63,129 nucleotides of DNA from a candidate division WOR-3 bacterium (GTDB lineage Bacteria > Hydrothermota > Tepidihabitantia > SM23-42 > JAOAFX01), in the NCBI GenBank assembly GCA_965649105.1, contig CBFGJP010000003.1:1-63129 (forward strand), given 5' to 3'. Positions 60,699 to 63,129 of this stretch are shown piece after piece. A program made the position numbers and the translations under genes. The notes beneath the pieces were generated by a model. That model saw only the letters and a list, made by a program, of their open reading frames with translations, did not search any database and had not been told where the DNA came from. How positions within the stretch are numbered: the stretch's first letter is position 1; each line of letters begins with the position of its first letter.

Positions 60699-63129
60699 AC
60701 GAGAAAATTTTTGGTGTTCTTTTTAATTTTAATTTCATCCGGTATTGCCCGGGAGATTGGGGCAAGATATTTGATAATCACAAATGATGCATTTTATGAT
60801 GCAATCCTTCCCTATGCCCGGTGGAAGCATAAGATGGGCTTGCGCACAAAGATTGTCAGGGTCCCTTCTGAACTTGCCCAGAACGCAACTTCAATCAGAA
60901 ACTATATCGTGAATGCCTATAACAACTGGCAGATAAAACCGGAGTTTATCTTATTTGTCGGTGCACCAAATTATATCCCCTGGTCTTTAAGCACTTCACC
61001 CTATGGTGATAATAATTATACAAATATGGATGGAGATATCTATAATGAAATCCTATCTGGAAGACTGAATGTCCACAATTTAACCGAAGCACAGACTGTC
61101 GTTGCCAAGATGTTAAGGTACGAACGATATCCTGATGTCTCAGACTCCTTGTGGTTTAAGAAAGGTTGTTTGATTGTCCGGGATATTCAGGATGATGATT
61201 CAATTACCTATCGGCTTGATGCTGAGTATGTTGCGGGCCATATGGTAAATAATGAATATATCAAGGTTGATACATTCTTTGCGAGTCGTGGTGCGAATGC
61301 GACATCAGTAGTAAATGCGACTAATGAAGGAAGGGGTTTTGTTGTCTATCGCGGTAGTGCGACGAATAACTGGTACAATCCCTTTGCCGTCAATCCTGAT
61401 GGACTAAGCAATGGGAACAAATTGCCCATTGTGGTTTCAGCAACCTGTGGCACCCTTGGAACTGGTTCTACACCTACCACTGCGGAACGGTGGTTTTTAA
61501 CCGGTTCACCAACTACCATGCGTGGTGCGGCTGGTTATTTTGCTACAACGACGAGTATTACCAACGGTGCATATTTGAGGAGTGCAGTCACCCGCGGCTT
61601 CTTTGATGGAGTATTTTTATACAAAAGAAGGACCTTTGGCCAGGCCTGTGAAGATGGCAGAATAAGGGTTTATAATACCTATGGTTCAACGAATGAATAC
61701 CGAGGCTTTACTACAATTGGGGACCCGGCAATGACAATATGGACAGCAACACCAAAAATCCTGACAGTATCTTACGATTCCATTCTCAATGCCTGTGTCA
61801 CCGAAACCCTCCAGATAAATATCCAGCATCAAGGTGTTCCTGTTGAGTCTGCATATGTCTGCATAATTTTTGATACCTTGATATACCAAACAGGATGGAC
61901 AAATTCATCCGGTGTTATTAATTTCATCCTCACACCGCCTGATACTGGCACAATGAATATCACAGTCACCGGTAGAAACCTCTATCCCTTTGAAGGAACC
62001 GCATCAATAATCCATAACAATGTTTATCTCACTTATACTGGAAATTCAGTGTCAGATTCGCTTGGTAATCACAATAATAGTTTGGACCCCGGGGAGACAA
62101 TTTTGCTGCGGGCAAAAATCAAGAATATAGGCTTAGTGACCGCACAGAATGTAAAAGCAGTGTTAAGAACAACTGATACAATGGTAATTATATCAGATAG
62201 CATCTCTTATTATGGTAATATTGAGCCAAATCAGGAATTACCGGGTTTAAATGCATTTGTATTCACAATTTCTCCGAAGAATTATCAACATTTTATACCT
62301 TTTGAATTAATAATGTATGATTCCAACGATAGTATCTGGAGTGCTAATTTTTCACTTATGACCACAGGCACAGTCCCTGGTGGAAATGGCACAGGTCCAG
62401 ACCCATACGGATATTACATTTATGATGATACCGATACCCTCACTGGTAATGCGCCTGTATATGATTGGTTTGAAATTTCGCCTTCTGCAGGTGGACCGGG
62501 TATAATAACACCTGAGATTTCAGATAGTGACGATGATACGGTTACCTATCCCCTACCCTTCAATGTCAAATTTTATGGCGTAGAATATAATTCAATCGGC
62601 ATCTGTTCAAATGGATTTGTAGAATTACTATCATCCACCTACCCTTTTGGCGACAACTCTTCAATACCATCACAATCCGGTCCCAAGAGGCTCATTGCAC
62701 CATTCTGGGATGATTTTGATCTGAGACCTTCGCCTGATGGTAATGGTGATGTTTTTTGGTATTATGATACACTCAATCATCGTTTCATAATTGAATTCAA
62801 AGACTGCAAACACTATGGTATCATACCATTGTTTGAAACTTTTCAGATAGTTTTACTCGAACCTTCTTATTATCCAACCCCCACTGGAGACGGTGAAATT
62901 TTGTTTATCTATAACACAGTGCAAAATCCTAATAGTTGCACTGTTGGCATTGAGGATGAAACTGAAACCCGTGGTCTCCAGTATGTCTATAACAACAACT
63001 ATGCCCCAAATGCAGCAATCATTCAAAATGGCCGGGCACTGCTCATTACTACAAAACCCCCACTGCACCAGCATTCACCCTGGATCAACCTTATTAATTA
63101 TACAGTCAATGACTCTGCAGGCGGAAACA
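60699..63129 (+). CDS. Gingipain-like C25-family protein 3, 3'-truncated, probable ACG start (not in the ORF track)
   Basis: Frame spot-checked open to the window end; (M)RKFLVFFLILISSGIA-REIGARYLIIT; YRGSA, ATC, IGDP; clear paralog of C25-2. Confidence 0.85.

Overview
AT-rich chromosomal window from an anaerobic diderm bacterium. It is most consistent with an FCB-related lineage such as candidate phylum WOR-3 (inference from Por/T9SS-like C-terminal domains, gingipain-fold proteins, HdrBC, rubrerythrin and rubredoxin). Bases 1-47000 are mostly housekeeping: ligA, mutL, sucCD, rlmN, lepB, hisS, rpsF-ssb-rpsR-rplI, a ribosomal spc/alpha cluster that starts at rpsH, groESL, two tRNAs, ribBA-ribH-nusB and grpE-dnaK-dnaJ. 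Bases 47000-63129 form an envelope locus: poly-gamma-glutamate genes pgsB-pgsC-pgsW, an unknown duplicated-domain protein, an outer-membrane beta-barrel, an LVIVD lipoprotein, a BNR-repeat protein and three gingipain-like (C25) proteins. Main signals: (1) a possible diderm poly-gamma-glutamate export/anchoring system; (2) all three C25 proteins lack the catalytic His; (3) 7/8-nt tandem repeats fill three equivalent loops of the secretion-signal domains; (4) an 85-nt ncRNA candidate with its own promoter and an anti-SD-like loop; (5) 17 sigma70-like promoters that all have a 16-bp spacer, many driving leaderless mRNAs; (6) candidate non-canonical starts (ATC, ACG, ATA); (7) an orphan MglA lacking its arginine finger. 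No CRISPR array, rRNA or transposase was seen. All family calls are by motif recognition, not database search.
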